DNA from: Candidatus Komeilibacteria bacterium | GTDB taxonomy: Bacteria; Patescibacteriota; Patescibacteriia; UBA1558; GWA2-36-10 | Assembly: GCA_018656065.1 (NCBI GenBank) | Contig: JABHZY010000024.1 | Span: 288,970 to 352,969 of the forward strand | Reading direction: 5' to 3' | DNA length: 64,000 bases | Shown here: piece by piece, positions 36,297-45,440 of the stretch | Position numbering within the stretch: position 1 is the stretch's first letter | Layout: each line of letters opens with the position of its first letter | Position numbers and translations under genes: made by a program | Notes under the pieces: generated by a model | What the model saw: the letters and a program-made list of their open reading frames with translations, nothing else | Database searches by the model: none | Told to the model about the DNA's origin: nothing

Positions 36297-38309
36297 TTAA
36301 TTTACAATTGTTGATTTCCAACCACTATCATCACAAATAAATAGCTTATTACCTGAATAGTCATAAATCATTCTTCCTTTAGTAGTTGAACTTCCATCAC
36401 AATCAGCTGCTACTGGCACCGCCCCAGCAGATAGATGATCTATTCGTAAATAATTATATGGTTCACCTGTAGTGTGATGTAAAGATATGTCAGCGTCTAC
36501 CCATACGTCACCACCATCTGCTACTGATAATACTTTAGTAGTATTATCATAAAGTTGGAAAATATCTTCAGTACCAAAATTTTGTACTCTTAATTTAGCA
36601 TCAATATTTGTTTCTGCTGGTACACCAATACCAACACCTAAATAATTATTTTCGCCTGAGTTATAATCTCTTTGCATAGTCATAATAGGATTGTCAGTAT
36701 CTGGATTTCTGCCCCAAAACTCTAACCAATTATTATAACCCCCTACTGTACCATTATACCTAATTGACATGTCACCATAAGGTGTAGGCGGTGAAGCATA
36801 TTCTTGAAAAATAAGCCTCATATCACCAGAAGGATTTTGTAATTTTAGATTTGAATCATCGACCACAGTACTATAAAGTTCTAAAGCGGAACCTGGATTA
36901 TCTGTACCTATGCCCACATTACCATCAGCGGCTATCCTCATCTTCTCTCCTGCATTTGTACCAAATAAAATTGGTATATTCTCTGTTGTCCAAACATCAA
37001 AAGTGCTTTCATCAGTTGGGCCAACCCAAGAATAATCAGTTGACCACTCTGGGCCCCTGGCAAATTCTATTTGAGTAGTCTCATTTAAAAATGAAGCGCC
37101 GTCATTACTATTTTCTAATTTTATTAAAGTATTAGCATGATCACTATTCTTGACGTGGAATATTTCATCTGGATCATAAACCTCTATACCAACACCATCG
37201 CCACCACTACCAACATTTAAGTATATATCATTACTACCTTTTAATTCTAATCTAGCAGTATTATATGCCCAGATTGTGCCACTACCGTAAACTTTAACAC
37301 CATAACTTCCAGTACTATTACCATTAACAAATAAAGGTACGCCGCTATGCACTGGTCCATCAATACCTACATCGCCATTATCATCAATAGCAAATTTTGT
37401 GTTACCCGCAGTATCATAGAGTTTTATAAAATCCTCACCAGCTGAACTCCTTTGTATTGCCAATTTTGCAGCCGGAGTAGTTGTCCCAATACCTACATTA
37501 CCAGTTGATCCTTGTATTCTCATCCTTTCAGTTCCCCAGCCATTTATATCTGAACCTGTTAAAAACCTCATATCTGTTGGGCCACTGGCAACACTAAAAA
37601 GATCTGATTGATTATGATACCCAATGGCACCACTCCAAATATCTACCTCATCGTAAAAAACAACGTTACTGGAATGGCTAGTACCTTTAATTTTTACTAC
37701 ATCCCCCCTGACATTAGTTCCTGCAACTTCAAGAACATACCCTGGAGTTGCTGTGCCAATGCCTACATTTGGATTTGTAGAACTTACATAATGAATACCT
37801 CCTGTATGAATACCCCACAAACTTTCTCCTCCGCTGCCAGTTGGCCAAGTATTTCTACAATCACCTGTCAGGCAAAGATATTGATCATTTTTAATTTGTA
37901 CTGGATTAATGCCATCGCCATCAAGCCAAAGATTAGTATCATGTATATCGTAACCTCCCATACCCAAATGTTCTGTCATTGGATTAGTCACTCCTCCGCT
38001 ACCAGTTGGCCAAGTATCTCTACAATCACTAGTACCATTAAAACAAATCTTCTGCCCTGCAGGCACTTGTATAGCATTTACACTGTCACCATCAATTTTA
38101 AAATTACCATCGACTAAATCATAACCTCCCATGTGTAAATCCTCAATCATTGGATTTACAACTAAATTATTGGCTGGCGTACCGCCAGGTAAAGTGCCTG
38201 GATCCTGCCATCCCTGAGCGTCTACATATTGCTGTACCAATGCTATGCTAAATATTGATACAATAACCACTAGAGTGGACAAATGCCAATTGTTTACTCT
38301 TTTCAACAT
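36297..38309 (-). CDS. secreted GIGT-repeat fibre-like protein, paralog B (longest)
   Basis: 670 aa with the same leader family. It has an internal tandem duplication of a ~56-aa module (aa 50-106 / 107-161, each ending DCR(D/N)TWPTGSGG), four GIGT repeats, and a C-terminal DCDGSSTTKGRMIYDYSGNKLFICDDSGW. Confidence 0.65.
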   Translation of the reverse strand: MLKRVNNWHLSTLVVIVSIFSIALVQQYVDAQGWQDPGTLPGGTPANNLVVNPMIEDLHMGGYDLVDGNFKIDGDSVNAIQVPAGQKICFNGTSDCRDTWPTGSGGVTNPMTEHLGMGGYDIHDTNLWLDGDGINPVQIKNDQYLCLTGDCRNTWPTGSGGESLWGIHTGGIHYVSSTNPNVGIGTATPGYVLEVAGTNVRGDVVKIKGTSHSSNVVFYDEVDIWSGAIGYHNQSDLFSVASGPTDMRFLTGSDINGWGTERMRIQGSTGNVGIGTTTPAAKLAIQRSSAGEDFIKLYDTAGNTKFAIDDNGDVGIDGPVHSGVPLFVNGNSTGSYGVKVYGSGTIWAYNTARLELKGSNDIYLNVGSGGDGVGIEVYDPDEIFHVKNSDHANTLIKLENSNDGASFLNETTQIEFARGPEWSTDYSWVGPTDESTFDVWTTENIPILFGTNAGEKMRIAADGNVGIGTDNPGSALELYSTVVDDSNLKLQNPSGDMRLIFQEYASPPTPYGDMSIRYNGTVGGYNNWLEFWGRNPDTDNPIMTMQRDYNSGENNYLGVGIGVPAETNIDAKLRVQNFGTEDIFQLYDNTTKVLSVADGGDVWVDADISLHHTTGEPYNYLRIDHLSAGAVPVAADCDGSSTTKGRMIYDYSGNKLFICDDSGWKSTIVN

Positions 38310-38336
38310 AAATTTATATTAAATTATTTTTATATA

Positions 38337-39731
38337 TTAATTAAAAATTGAAGAAATCCAACCACTATCATCACAAATATAAAGTTCATTATTAGTATAA
38401 TCAAAGATTATACGCCCATTTTCTTCTGGTTCATCACAATCAACTACCGGAGGTGTTGCACCAGAGGACACATGGTCTATTTGTAAATAATTATAAGGAC
38501 CGCCACTAGTATGTTGCAAAGCTACATTACCATTGAAGAAAGCTGCATAATTTTGCCCAGCACCTTTATCAACGTGTAGATATGCATTAGGGTCTATAGT
38601 TCCAATACCAAGCTCACCTTCCTCTGTAAAAGTCACTCTATTATCTCCATTCCAGAAGTGAAGATCGCCAGTGCCGTTTGATTGATAAATCCCCCAATGA
38701 TCATTAGTATTACTTTGGATATTAATTTCTGCATTGTTTCCTGAATGTGACAAAATATGTAAATTTGTATTTGGATTATCTGTGCCAATGCCAAAGTAAT
38801 TATGAGTATAAACCTGATGAGTAGCGTAAAGCTCTAGATCATTATTATAAGAATAAATTTTATCGTAGTATAACTTAAGGCCATAACTTCCAGCGCTATT
38901 ACCATTAACAAATAAAGGTACACCACTATGAACTGGTCCATCAACACCTACATCGCCATTAGCGTCAATGACAAATTTTACATTACCACTACTATTATAG
39001 GCCTGAAATAAATCTTCGCCACCTGAAGCACCTTGAATTCTTAATTTGGCATCAATATTTGTTTCAGCTGGCACACCAATACCAACACCTAAATAATTAT
39101 TTTCACCTGAATTATAATCTCTCTGCATGGTCATAATAGGATCATCAGTATCTGGATTTCTACCCCAAAACTCTAACCAGTTATTGTAACCCCCCACTGT
39201 ACCGTTATATCTAATTGACATATCACCATAAGCTGTAGGTGGATCAAAATACTCTTGAAAAATAAGCCTCATATCACCAGCCGAATTTTGTAATTTTAGA
39301 TTTGATCCATCTGCATTAGTATCAAATATTTCTAAAGCTGTTGAGGGTGTAGTAGTACCTATACCTACATTACCATTATTATAATAAATATCTCCTGGAC
39401 TTACACCTTCCCACAATCCTCCGCTAGCTCCAGCCCAAGAATCTATACAATCGTTAGTGCCATCAAAACAAATGTTTCCTCCATTAGATACTTGTATTAC
39501 ATTTGATCCATTAGCATCAACTCGTAGATTATTGTCTACTAAATCATGTCCATTAAGTAATAAATCTTCTGTCATAGGATTTACAACTAAACGAAAACCA
39601 CTAGTCTCCCCTGGCAAGCCTATCGGATCATTCCATTGAGCTAAAGCATATTGTTGAATCATAGCAATACTAATAATTGAAGTAATGCCGATCAAAACTG
39701 ACAAGTGCCAATTTTTAATTCCTTTATACAT
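38337..39731 (-). CDS. secreted GIGT-repeat fibre-like protein, paralog C
   Basis: 464 aa with the same leader and C-terminal loop (DCDEPEENGRIIFDYTNNELYICDDSGW). Residues 144-233 are ~90 percent identical to residues 487-576 of paralog B. Confidence 0.65.
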   Translation of the reverse strand: MYKGIKNWHLSVLIGITSIISIAMIQQYALAQWNDPIGLPGETSGFRLVVNPMTEDLLLNGHDLVDNNLRVDANGSNVIQVSNGGNICFDGTNDCIDSWAGASGGLWEGVSPGDIYYNNGNVGIGTTTPSTALEIFDTNADGSNLKLQNSAGDMRLIFQEYFDPPTAYGDMSIRYNGTVGGYNNWLEFWGRNPDTDDPIMTMQRDYNSGENNYLGVGIGVPAETNIDAKLRIQGASGGEDLFQAYNSSGNVKFVIDANGDVGVDGPVHSGVPLFVNGNSAGSYGLKLYYDKIYSYNNDLELYATHQVYTHNYFGIGTDNPNTNLHILSHSGNNAEINIQSNTNDHWGIYQSNGTGDLHFWNGDNRVTFTEEGELGIGTIDPNAYLHVDKGAGQNYAAFFNGNVALQHTSGGPYNYLQIDHVSSGATPPVVDCDEPEENGRIIFDYTNNELYICDDSGWISSIFN

Positions 39732-39756
39732 AGTTTTATTTTATTTTAGTGAATAT

Positions 39757-39785
39757 ATTATACCACATTTTATTAAAAATTGTAA
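39757..39785 (-). promoter_or_regulatory. promoter of the fibre-protein/pilus array
   Basis: Minus strand: TTACAA (39785-39780), 17-nt spacer, TGgTATAAT (39765-39757), ~26 nt upstream of the paralog C ATG. Confidence 0.5.
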
Positions 39786-39797
39786 TGAAATAATAAT

Positions 39798-39826
39798 TTG
39801 CTAAAAAAAACGCAATCTAGTAAAAT
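39798..39826 (+). promoter_or_regulatory. promoter of lemA
   Basis: TTGCTA (39798-39803), 17-nt spacer, TAAAAT (39821-39826). Confidence 0.4.
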
Positions 39827-39861
39827 TATACTATTAATTTAAACAATTAAATTTAAACACT

Positions 39862-40416
39862 ATGAACAATGTTATTATTGGCATATTAGTAGTAATAGTA
39901 TTGCTAATTTTATGGCTAATTGGCGTCTATAATAGCCTAATCAGACTAAAAAATCGAGTAAAAGAAGCTTGGTCTGATATAGATGTACAATTAAAGCGTC
40001 GTTATGACCTAATTCCAAATTTGATGGAAACTGTTAAGGGTTACATGAAACATGAAGAAGGTGTCCTGACTAAAGTAACTGAAGCCAGAGCTAGTGCTAT
40101 GAGCGCCAAAGGCATTGGAGAGAAAGGCAAAGCTGAGAACATGCTATCTGAAACTTTAAAAAGCCTTTTTGCTGTAGCTGAAAACTACCCAGATTTGAAA
40201 GCCTCACAAAATTTTCTACAACTTCAAGATGAAATTTCAGATACTGAAAATAAAATTCAAGCTTCTCGCCGTTTCTATAACGGTCAAGTTAGAGATTTTA
40301 ATACTAAAATTGAAGTATTTCCAAACAATCTAGTGGCTGGAATGTTAAAATTTAAAGCTTGGGATTTCTTTGCTATTGATGAAAAAGAAAAAGAAAACGT
40401 AAAAGTAAAATTCTAA
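39862..40416 (+). CDS. lemA: LemA family protein
   Basis: 184 aa with an N-terminal TM segment, then NSLIRLKNRVKEAWSDIDVQLKRRYDLIPNL and YPDLKASQNF..RRFYN. Confidence 0.9.
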   Translation: MNNVIIGILVVIVLLILWLIGVYNSLIRLKNRVKEAWSDIDVQLKRRYDLIPNLMETVKGYMKHEEGVLTKVTEARASAMSAKGIGEKGKAENMLSETLKSLFAVAENYPDLKASQNFLQLQDEISDTENKIQASRRFYNGQVRDFNTKIEVFPNNLVAGMLKFKAWDFFAIDEKEKENVKVKF

Positions 40417-40428
40417 AAAATGACTTTT

Positions 40429-40457
40429 AAAAACCGCCTTAAGGGGCGGTTTTTTAT
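40429..40457 (+). terminator. intrinsic terminator after lemA
   Basis: AAAAACCGCC-TTAAG-GGGCGGTTTTTTATT. Confidence 0.75.
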
Positions 40458-40459
40458 TA

Positions 40460-40489
40460 TTGACAAATAAGCTCTAATATTGTTATATT
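40460..40489 (+). promoter_or_regulatory. promoter of htpX
   Basis: TTGACA (40460-40465), 17-18 nt spacer, TTATAT/TATATT (40483-40489). Confidence 0.4.
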
Positions 40490-40521
40490 AAGCTTACAAA
40501 AGCTAATAAAAATAAGAAAAA

Positions 40522-41388
40522 ATGTACAAACAAATAGATAGTAATAAACGCAAAAGCTTAGCCCTGATGGTCCTCTTTGTATTGGTTATTGTTGGAATGG
40601 TCTGGGCTTGGGCTCAATATTCTGAAAGTGGTTATTATATGATTATACCAGCTACTTTATTTGCTACTGGTATGAGCGCTGTCAGTTTTTTCGCTGGCGA
40701 TAAAATAGCTCTAGCTACAGCTGGTGCTAAAGAAATCAAAAAAGATGACAATCCCTACCTTTGGCGAATGGTAGAAAATCTCAGTATCACTGCTGGATTG
40801 ACTATGCCTAAAGTCCATATTATAGAAGATGCGTCTATGAATGCTTTTGCTACTGGCAGAGACCCAGCTCACTCCTCTATCGCTGTTACTACTGGCCTAC
40901 TTAATAATCTTAAAAATGAAGAACTAGAGGGAGTAATAGCTCATGAACTGTCTCATGTAAAAAATTACGACATTAGGTTGATGATGGTAGTAATAGTATG
41001 TGTAGGTATTATTACACTATTAGCTGATTGGATGATGCGTAGTTTTATATTCCGAGGTCGTGATGATAATAATAAAGGTAATATTTTAATGATTGTGGGT
41101 ATTGTCTTAGCTGTTCTATCACCTCTATTTGCTAAATTAATTCAAATGGCTGTATCTAGAAAAAGAGAATTTTTGGCCGATGCTTCTGCCTCTCTACTAA
41201 CTCGCTATCCAGAAGGATTAGCTAGTGCTTTAGAGAAAATATCATCTCAAAATATACCATTAAAAAGAGCTAATAAAGCTACAGCTCATCTCTATATTTC
41301 CAGCCCCTTCAAAGGCAAGGGTATATCTAAATTATTTTCTACTCATCCTCCAGCTCAGGAAAGAATAAAAGCTTTAAGAAATATGTGA
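40522..41388 (+). CDS. htpX: M48-family zinc metalloprotease HtpX
   Basis: 288 aa with 4 TM segments, HELSHVKNYD (HExxH) and a downstream REFLADA. Confidence 0.9.
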   Translation: MYKQIDSNKRKSLALMVLFVLVIVGMVWAWAQYSESGYYMIIPATLFATGMSAVSFFAGDKIALATAGAKEIKKDDNPYLWRMVENLSITAGLTMPKVHIIEDASMNAFATGRDPAHSSIAVTTGLLNNLKNEELEGVIAHELSHVKNYDIRLMMVVIVCVGIITLLADWMMRSFIFRGRDDNNKGNILMIVGIVLAVLSPLFAKLIQMAVSRKREFLADASASLLTRYPEGLASALEKISSQNIPLKRANKATAHLYISSPFKGKGISKLFSTHPPAQERIKALRNM

Positions 41389-41513
41389 CGACACTAGTCG
41401 TCATCCTGACCTCTCGGCCCTGAGCTCGAGACCGAAGGGGCGAAGTCGAAGGATCTACTATCAAAATTAATTAAACTAGATTTCTCCACTTCGGTCGAAA
41501 TGACAACAAACAT
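41389..41513. repeat. GC-rich repeat island in the htpX-clpC spacer
   Basis: GTCATCCTGACCTCTCGGCCCTGAGCTCGAGACCGAAGGGGCGAAGTCGAAGGATCT, followed by AGATTTCTCCACTTCGGTCGAAATGACAA. The second part is a shortened inverted copy of the 39-bp repeat at 23587 and 24014. Confidence 0.7.
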
Positions 41514-43982
41514 ATGATAAATAATAACGCTCAAAATATATTAAATAAATTTACCCAACACTTCAAACAAGTGTTAATTAATGCTCAAAATACAGCTTTT
41601 AGTAAAAAACATAAAACTATAGAGCCGGAAGATTTATTAATATCTTTAATAAAAACTAAAGGTTCTTTAGGACTTGATATTTTGATAAAACAAAAAATTG
41701 ATATTAACTTCCTACGCATGTCTGGCCAAAGTTCTTATCAAAGTATGGCTATTAGTCCTGAACATTTACCTCAACCATCTATAGAATCACAAAAAATTAT
41801 TGAAAAAGCAGTTGTAACTGCTTACAAACATAAGCATAAATATATTGGTACTGAACATTTACTATGGGGAATTAGCCAAAGCTCTGATGAAAAAATAACT
41901 CAAATATTACAAAAAACCAAAATAAATCAACAAAATTTAAAACAACATCTAAACCTTATATTAAAAAGCACTTCTAAATTTGGCGATTTAACTGCTGATG
42001 AAGAACTTAAAGAAATTGAAGATATTTTGGATCAAGGTAATGAAAATACTGATAACTTAGAAGGTTTTACTATCGATTTAACTAACGATGAAATACAAAA
42101 AGATATTGATCCAGTTATAGGTCGAGCCAAAGAAATTGATAGGCTAATCGAAATACTTTCTCGTCGTACCAAAAATAATCCTATACTACTTGGTGATCCT
42201 GGCGTAGGAAAAACAGCTATTATAGAAGGTCTGGCCAAAAGGATTACTGAAAATAAAGTACCAGATGTACTATTGAATAAAACTATTTTAAACTTGGACA
42301 TCTCTAGTCTAATAGCTGGCACCATGTATCGAGGTGAATTTGAAAATAGATTAAAAAAAGTTATAGCTGATATTAAAAAGAATCCTGATACTATATTATT
42401 TATTGATGAGTTGCATACTATTATGGGCGCTGGAGCTACTACTGGTTCTCTAGACGCCGCTAATATACTAAAGCCCGCTCTATCTCGTGGGCATCTAAGA
42501 TGCATCGGTGCAACTACTTTTGAAGAATACAAAAAACACATTGAGAGTGATAAAGCTTTAGAGAGAAGATTCCAAGCTATAGTGGTTGACGAACCATCTG
42601 GCAATGAAGCTGAGCAAATATTACAAGGTTTACGAAGCAACTATGAAAAATTTCATAATGTTTCTATTGATGATGAGGCTATAAAAACTGCTGTGGAATT
42701 AAGCAAGCGCTTTTTGCCTGATAAAAAATTACCTGATAAGGCTATTGATCTTATAGATGAAGCTGCAGCACGTCTTAGAGTTAAAAAAACTAGACAAGGA
42801 TTATTGAAAAAGATAAAAAAACTTCAAGACGAATTATCTCAAGAACAGGCCAATAAAAAACAAGCCATCCTAGATGAAAAATATCTAGAAGCTTTAGAAT
42901 TTAAAGGCCAAGAAGAACAAATACTAGAAAAATTATTACGCCTTAAAGCTCAACAAGATAAAGTAAAAAATAAAAATCTAGGTCAAATTACTAAAGATGA
43001 TATTAAACTTGTCTTATCTAAAATTACTGGAGTACCTCTATCCTCTATCACTACTAATGAAAATAAAAAATTATTAGGACTAGAAAATAGAATCGCTAAA
43101 GATATTTTTGGTCAAGATAAAGCTTTATCTAAAATATCACACAGTATCCGTAAAGCTAAAACTGGTTTAAACAATAAGAACAAGCCTTTGGCTTCATTTA
43201 TGTTTTTAGGGCCTAGCGGTGTAGGTAAAACAGCTACAGCCAAACAAATTGCAAAGCACATCTTTGGTGGAGAAAAAAACCTTGTCCGTATTGATATGTC
43301 TGAATTTTCTGAAAAATTTAATATTTCAAAATTAATTGGCTCACCAGCTGGTTATGTCGGTTATCGGGAAGGTAATAAATTAACTGATATGGTAAAAAAT
43401 AAACCATATAGTTTAATATTGTTTGATGAAATAGAAAAAGCTCATCCTGATGTTTTTAACTTATTACTGCCAATCCTAGAAGAGGGAGAAATGACTGATG
43501 CTACTGGCAAAACTATTAATTTTAGAAATTGTGTTATTGCTATGACTTCAAATGTTGGTTTAGATATATTTAATCAAGAAGCAGTCATGGGCTTTGAAAC
43601 TGATAAAAATAAAACGAGCTTTAAAAAGAAGTCTGAAGAAATACTAGCCTCATTACACAAACACTTTCCTCCCGAGTTTAATAATCGTTTAGATAATATC
43701 ATTGTTTTCGAACCTTTAGACAAAAATACTGCTAGAAAAATAATCAAAAAAGAATTAAATGATTTATCTAGAAGACTAAACGAACAAGGTATAAATATAG
43801 AGATTGATACTAAAATTATAAATCATTTATTAAAACAACCTGATATTCTAAAAGAGGGCGCCCGTAGTTTAAAAAGATTAGTAGATCAACACATATCAAA
43901 TATCTTAGCTCATAATTTATTAAATAAACCTACTAAAAAAATAAAAATTAGTTTGACTAAAAACAAGATACAAATTAAATAA
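41514..43982 (+). CDS. clpC: Clp/Hsp100 AAA+ ATPase, ClpC-type
   Basis: 822 aa with two Clp-N repeats, two AAA modules (GDPGVGKT, GPSGVGKT) and a short middle domain. An MGF loop sits at the ClpP-docking position. Confidence 0.85.
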   Translation: MINNNAQNILNKFTQHFKQVLINAQNTAFSKKHKTIEPEDLLISLIKTKGSLGLDILIKQKIDINFLRMSGQSSYQSMAISPEHLPQPSIESQKIIEKAVVTAYKHKHKYIGTEHLLWGISQSSDEKITQILQKTKINQQNLKQHLNLILKSTSKFGDLTADEELKEIEDILDQGNENTDNLEGFTIDLTNDEIQKDIDPVIGRAKEIDRLIEILSRRTKNNPILLGDPGVGKTAIIEGLAKRITENKVPDVLLNKTILNLDISSLIAGTMYRGEFENRLKKVIADIKKNPDTILFIDELHTIMGAGATTGSLDAANILKPALSRGHLRCIGATTFEEYKKHIESDKALERRFQAIVVDEPSGNEAEQILQGLRSNYEKFHNVSIDDEAIKTAVELSKRFLPDKKLPDKAIDLIDEAAARLRVKKTRQGLLKKIKKLQDELSQEQANKKQAILDEKYLEALEFKGQEEQILEKLLRLKAQQDKVKNKNLGQITKDDIKLVLSKITGVPLSSITTNENKKLLGLENRIAKDIFGQDKALSKISHSIRKAKTGLNNKNKPLASFMFLGPSGVGKTATAKQIAKHIFGGEKNLVRIDMSEFSEKFNISKLIGSPAGYVGYREGNKLTDMVKNKPYSLILFDEIEKAHPDVFNLLLPILEEGEMTDATGKTINFRNCVIAMTSNVGLDIFNQEAVMGFETDKNKTSFKKKSEEILASLHKHFPPEFNNRLDNIIVFEPLDKNTARKIIKKELNDLSRRLNEQGINIEIDTKIINHLLKQPDILKEGARSLKRLVDQHISNILAHNLLNKPTKKIKISLTKNKIQIK

Positions 43983-43997
43983 TACTAAAAACTAAAT

Positions 43998-44726
43998 ATG
44001 AAGAAGAAAAGCGATGTAAGGACTCTTTTGTGTTACATCAAAGGAGTTTTTAGTTATATTTTAGATTTTATATGGCCTCAATTTTGCTTAGGCTGTAACA
44101 GAGAGGGATCATTATGTTGTGGTTTCTGTCTTAATGATATCTTATTAGATGATCTGAAAACCATAAGCTGGCCTGATAAAAATAAGTTATATTTTGAAGC
44201 TTGTTATAATTGTTGTAATTATCAAAATAAGTTAGTCCAGAAATTAATTAAAAACTATAAATATAATTATTTAGAAAACCTAGCTGATCTTCTAGTAAAC
44301 ATTTTAGAAAAACAAGCTCGCCGATTAAATTTAGATAAAGACACCATCATTGTTAACGCACCTTTACATAAAAATAAAAAACGCCAACGTGGTTTTGACC
44401 AAACAGAAATCCTAGCTAAGAAATTAGCCAAAAGATTGTCACTAGATTACTCTCCTCTTCTCATTAGAACTAAAAATAATCCAGCTCAAGCTAAGCTAGA
44501 TAAAACAGCTCGTCAAAAAAATGTAGTTAATATTTTTTCTCTAAACCCTTCGACTATGCTCAGGGCCTACGGTAAAAATACTACAAATAAAAAACTGACT
44601 ATCTTGCTGATAGACGATGTAGTAACTACTGGAGCTACTCTTAATCAAGCAGCTAAAGTATTAAAAGAAAATAATTTTGGTAAAATTATTTGTTTGGTTT
44701 TAGCCAAAAATAAAAATACGGCCTAA
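43998..44726 (+). CDS. comF: ComF-family phosphoribosyltransferase-like competence protein
   Basis: 242 aa with an N-terminal Cys cluster (CLGC..CCGFC) and a PRTase motif LLIDDVVTTGATL. Confidence 0.85.
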   Translation: MKKKSDVRTLLCYIKGVFSYILDFIWPQFCLGCNREGSLCCGFCLNDILLDDLKTISWPDKNKLYFEACYNCCNYQNKLVQKLIKNYKYNYLENLADLLVNILEKQARRLNLDKDTIIVNAPLHKNKKRQRGFDQTEILAKKLAKRLSLDYSPLLIRTKNNPAQAKLDKTARQKNVVNIFSLNPSTMLRAYGKNTTNKKLTILLIDDVVTTGATLNQAAKVLKENNFGKIICLVLAKNKNTA

Positions 44727-44740
44727 GCCGCATTTTTATT
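44712..44740. terminator. weak bidirectional terminator-like hairpin
   Basis: AAATACGGC-CTAA-GCCGCATTTTTATTTTTT overlaps the comF stop. Confidence 0.4.
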
Positions 44741-44742
44741 TT

Positions 44743-44997
44743 TTAACCGTTGAGTAGGCCTAATAATTGATAAACTAGCATAGCTGGCCAAACTAGAGCT
44801 TTGAGAGCTCCTAAAGCACCAGCACCAAATGACTCTGCGTACTGAACATAATACACTAAAGCCCCTATAAATCCTACTGAATAGCCTGCCCCTCCGCAAA
44901 CATCATTACATCTTTTACCCATATTTTTTGAATTAATGCTTAGTACTTCTATTATAGCAAAAAATAACCTCTTCGGGAAGTTATTTTTTGCTATCAT
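44743..44997 (-). CDS. small membrane protein, unknown function (start uncertain)
   Basis: 84-aa ORF. The C-terminal 55 aa form a Gly/Ala-rich hydrophobic hairpin. An internal Met (MGKRC) is an alternative start. Confidence 0.35.
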   Translation of the reverse strand: MIAKNNFPKRLFFAIIEVLSINSKNMGKRCNDVCGGAGYSVGFIGALVYYVQYAESFGAGALGALKALVWPAMLVYQLLGLLNG

Positions 44998-45003
44998 CGT
45001 ACA

Positions 45004-45240
45004 CTATAATAAAATTCTTATAATTGCAATAAGTGCTATAAGTGCCCAAATTATATTTAAAATACCTGGTTGATATGCTTTTTTATACATAGAAACCAAA
45101 ACAATTCCCAACGCACCTGTTCCATTAAAAAGTTGGTAGATAATACTTTGTGATTCTAGAACATCAAAACTCAACAAAGCGTATGCCAATACAATGGCCA
45201 CCATTCCATACCAACCGAAGATTTCGATAAAATTTTTCAT
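45004..45240 (-). CDS. small 3-TM membrane protein
   Basis: 78 aa, FGWYGMVAIVLAYALLSF..NGTGALGIVLVS..ILNIIWALIALIAII. Confidence 0.45.
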   Translation of the reverse strand: MKNFIEIFGWYGMVAIVLAYALLSFDVLESQSIIYQLFNGTGALGIVLVSMYKKAYQPGILNIIWALIALIAIIRILL

Positions 45241-45329
45241 AATTTTAATTTAAATATAAGTTAATTTTATTATAACAAAAAACTGCCTTTTTGGGCAATT
45301 GTTTTTAACATCCTCGTGCTAGCTCGATG

Positions 45330-45421
45330 TGGCGGAGAGGGAGGGATTCGAACCCTCGATCCCGAATAAACGGAATAACACCTTAGCAGGGTGCCGCATT
45401 CAACCACTCTGCCACCTCTCC
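45330..45421 (-). tRNA. tRNA-Ser (GCT), long variable arm, CCA encoded
   Basis: The reverse complement GGAGAGGTGGCAGAGTGGTTGAATGCGGCACCCTGCTAAGGTGTTATTCCGTTTATTCGGGATCGAGGGTTCGAATCCCTCCCTCTCCGCCA has anticodon loop CTGCTAA. Confidence 0.9.
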
Positions 45422-45440
45422 ATGTAATTAAGTCTTCGAA

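Noticed and set aside
37608-38117. 169-aa plus-strand ORF inside fibre paralog B, and similar nested or antisense ORFs (42032-42640, 32705-33028, 55309-55635, 6300-6611, 61921-62199, 4673-4864 and others in the track)
   Set aside because: Each lies wholly within a longer ORF that has recognisable domains or a paralog family. Their translations are low-complexity mirror images of the sense frame, and none has its own start context.
36579-39299. Near-identical ~270-bp segments in fibre paralogs B and C as a possible diversity-generating retroelement (template/variable repeat pair)
   Set aside because: The differences are mostly synonymous transitions at scattered positions, not adenine-specific substitutions. 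Both copies are in-frame parts of full-length paralogs. No reverse transcriptase or accessory gene is in the window. Paralog gene conversion explains the pattern better.
34876-39731. Tail-fibre-like GIGT-repeat genes as remnants of a prophage
   Set aside because: No capsid, terminase, portal, baseplate, integrase or lysis genes are present. The three genes carry Sec-type leaders, share promoter style with the host, and lie in the same array as the pilus genes.
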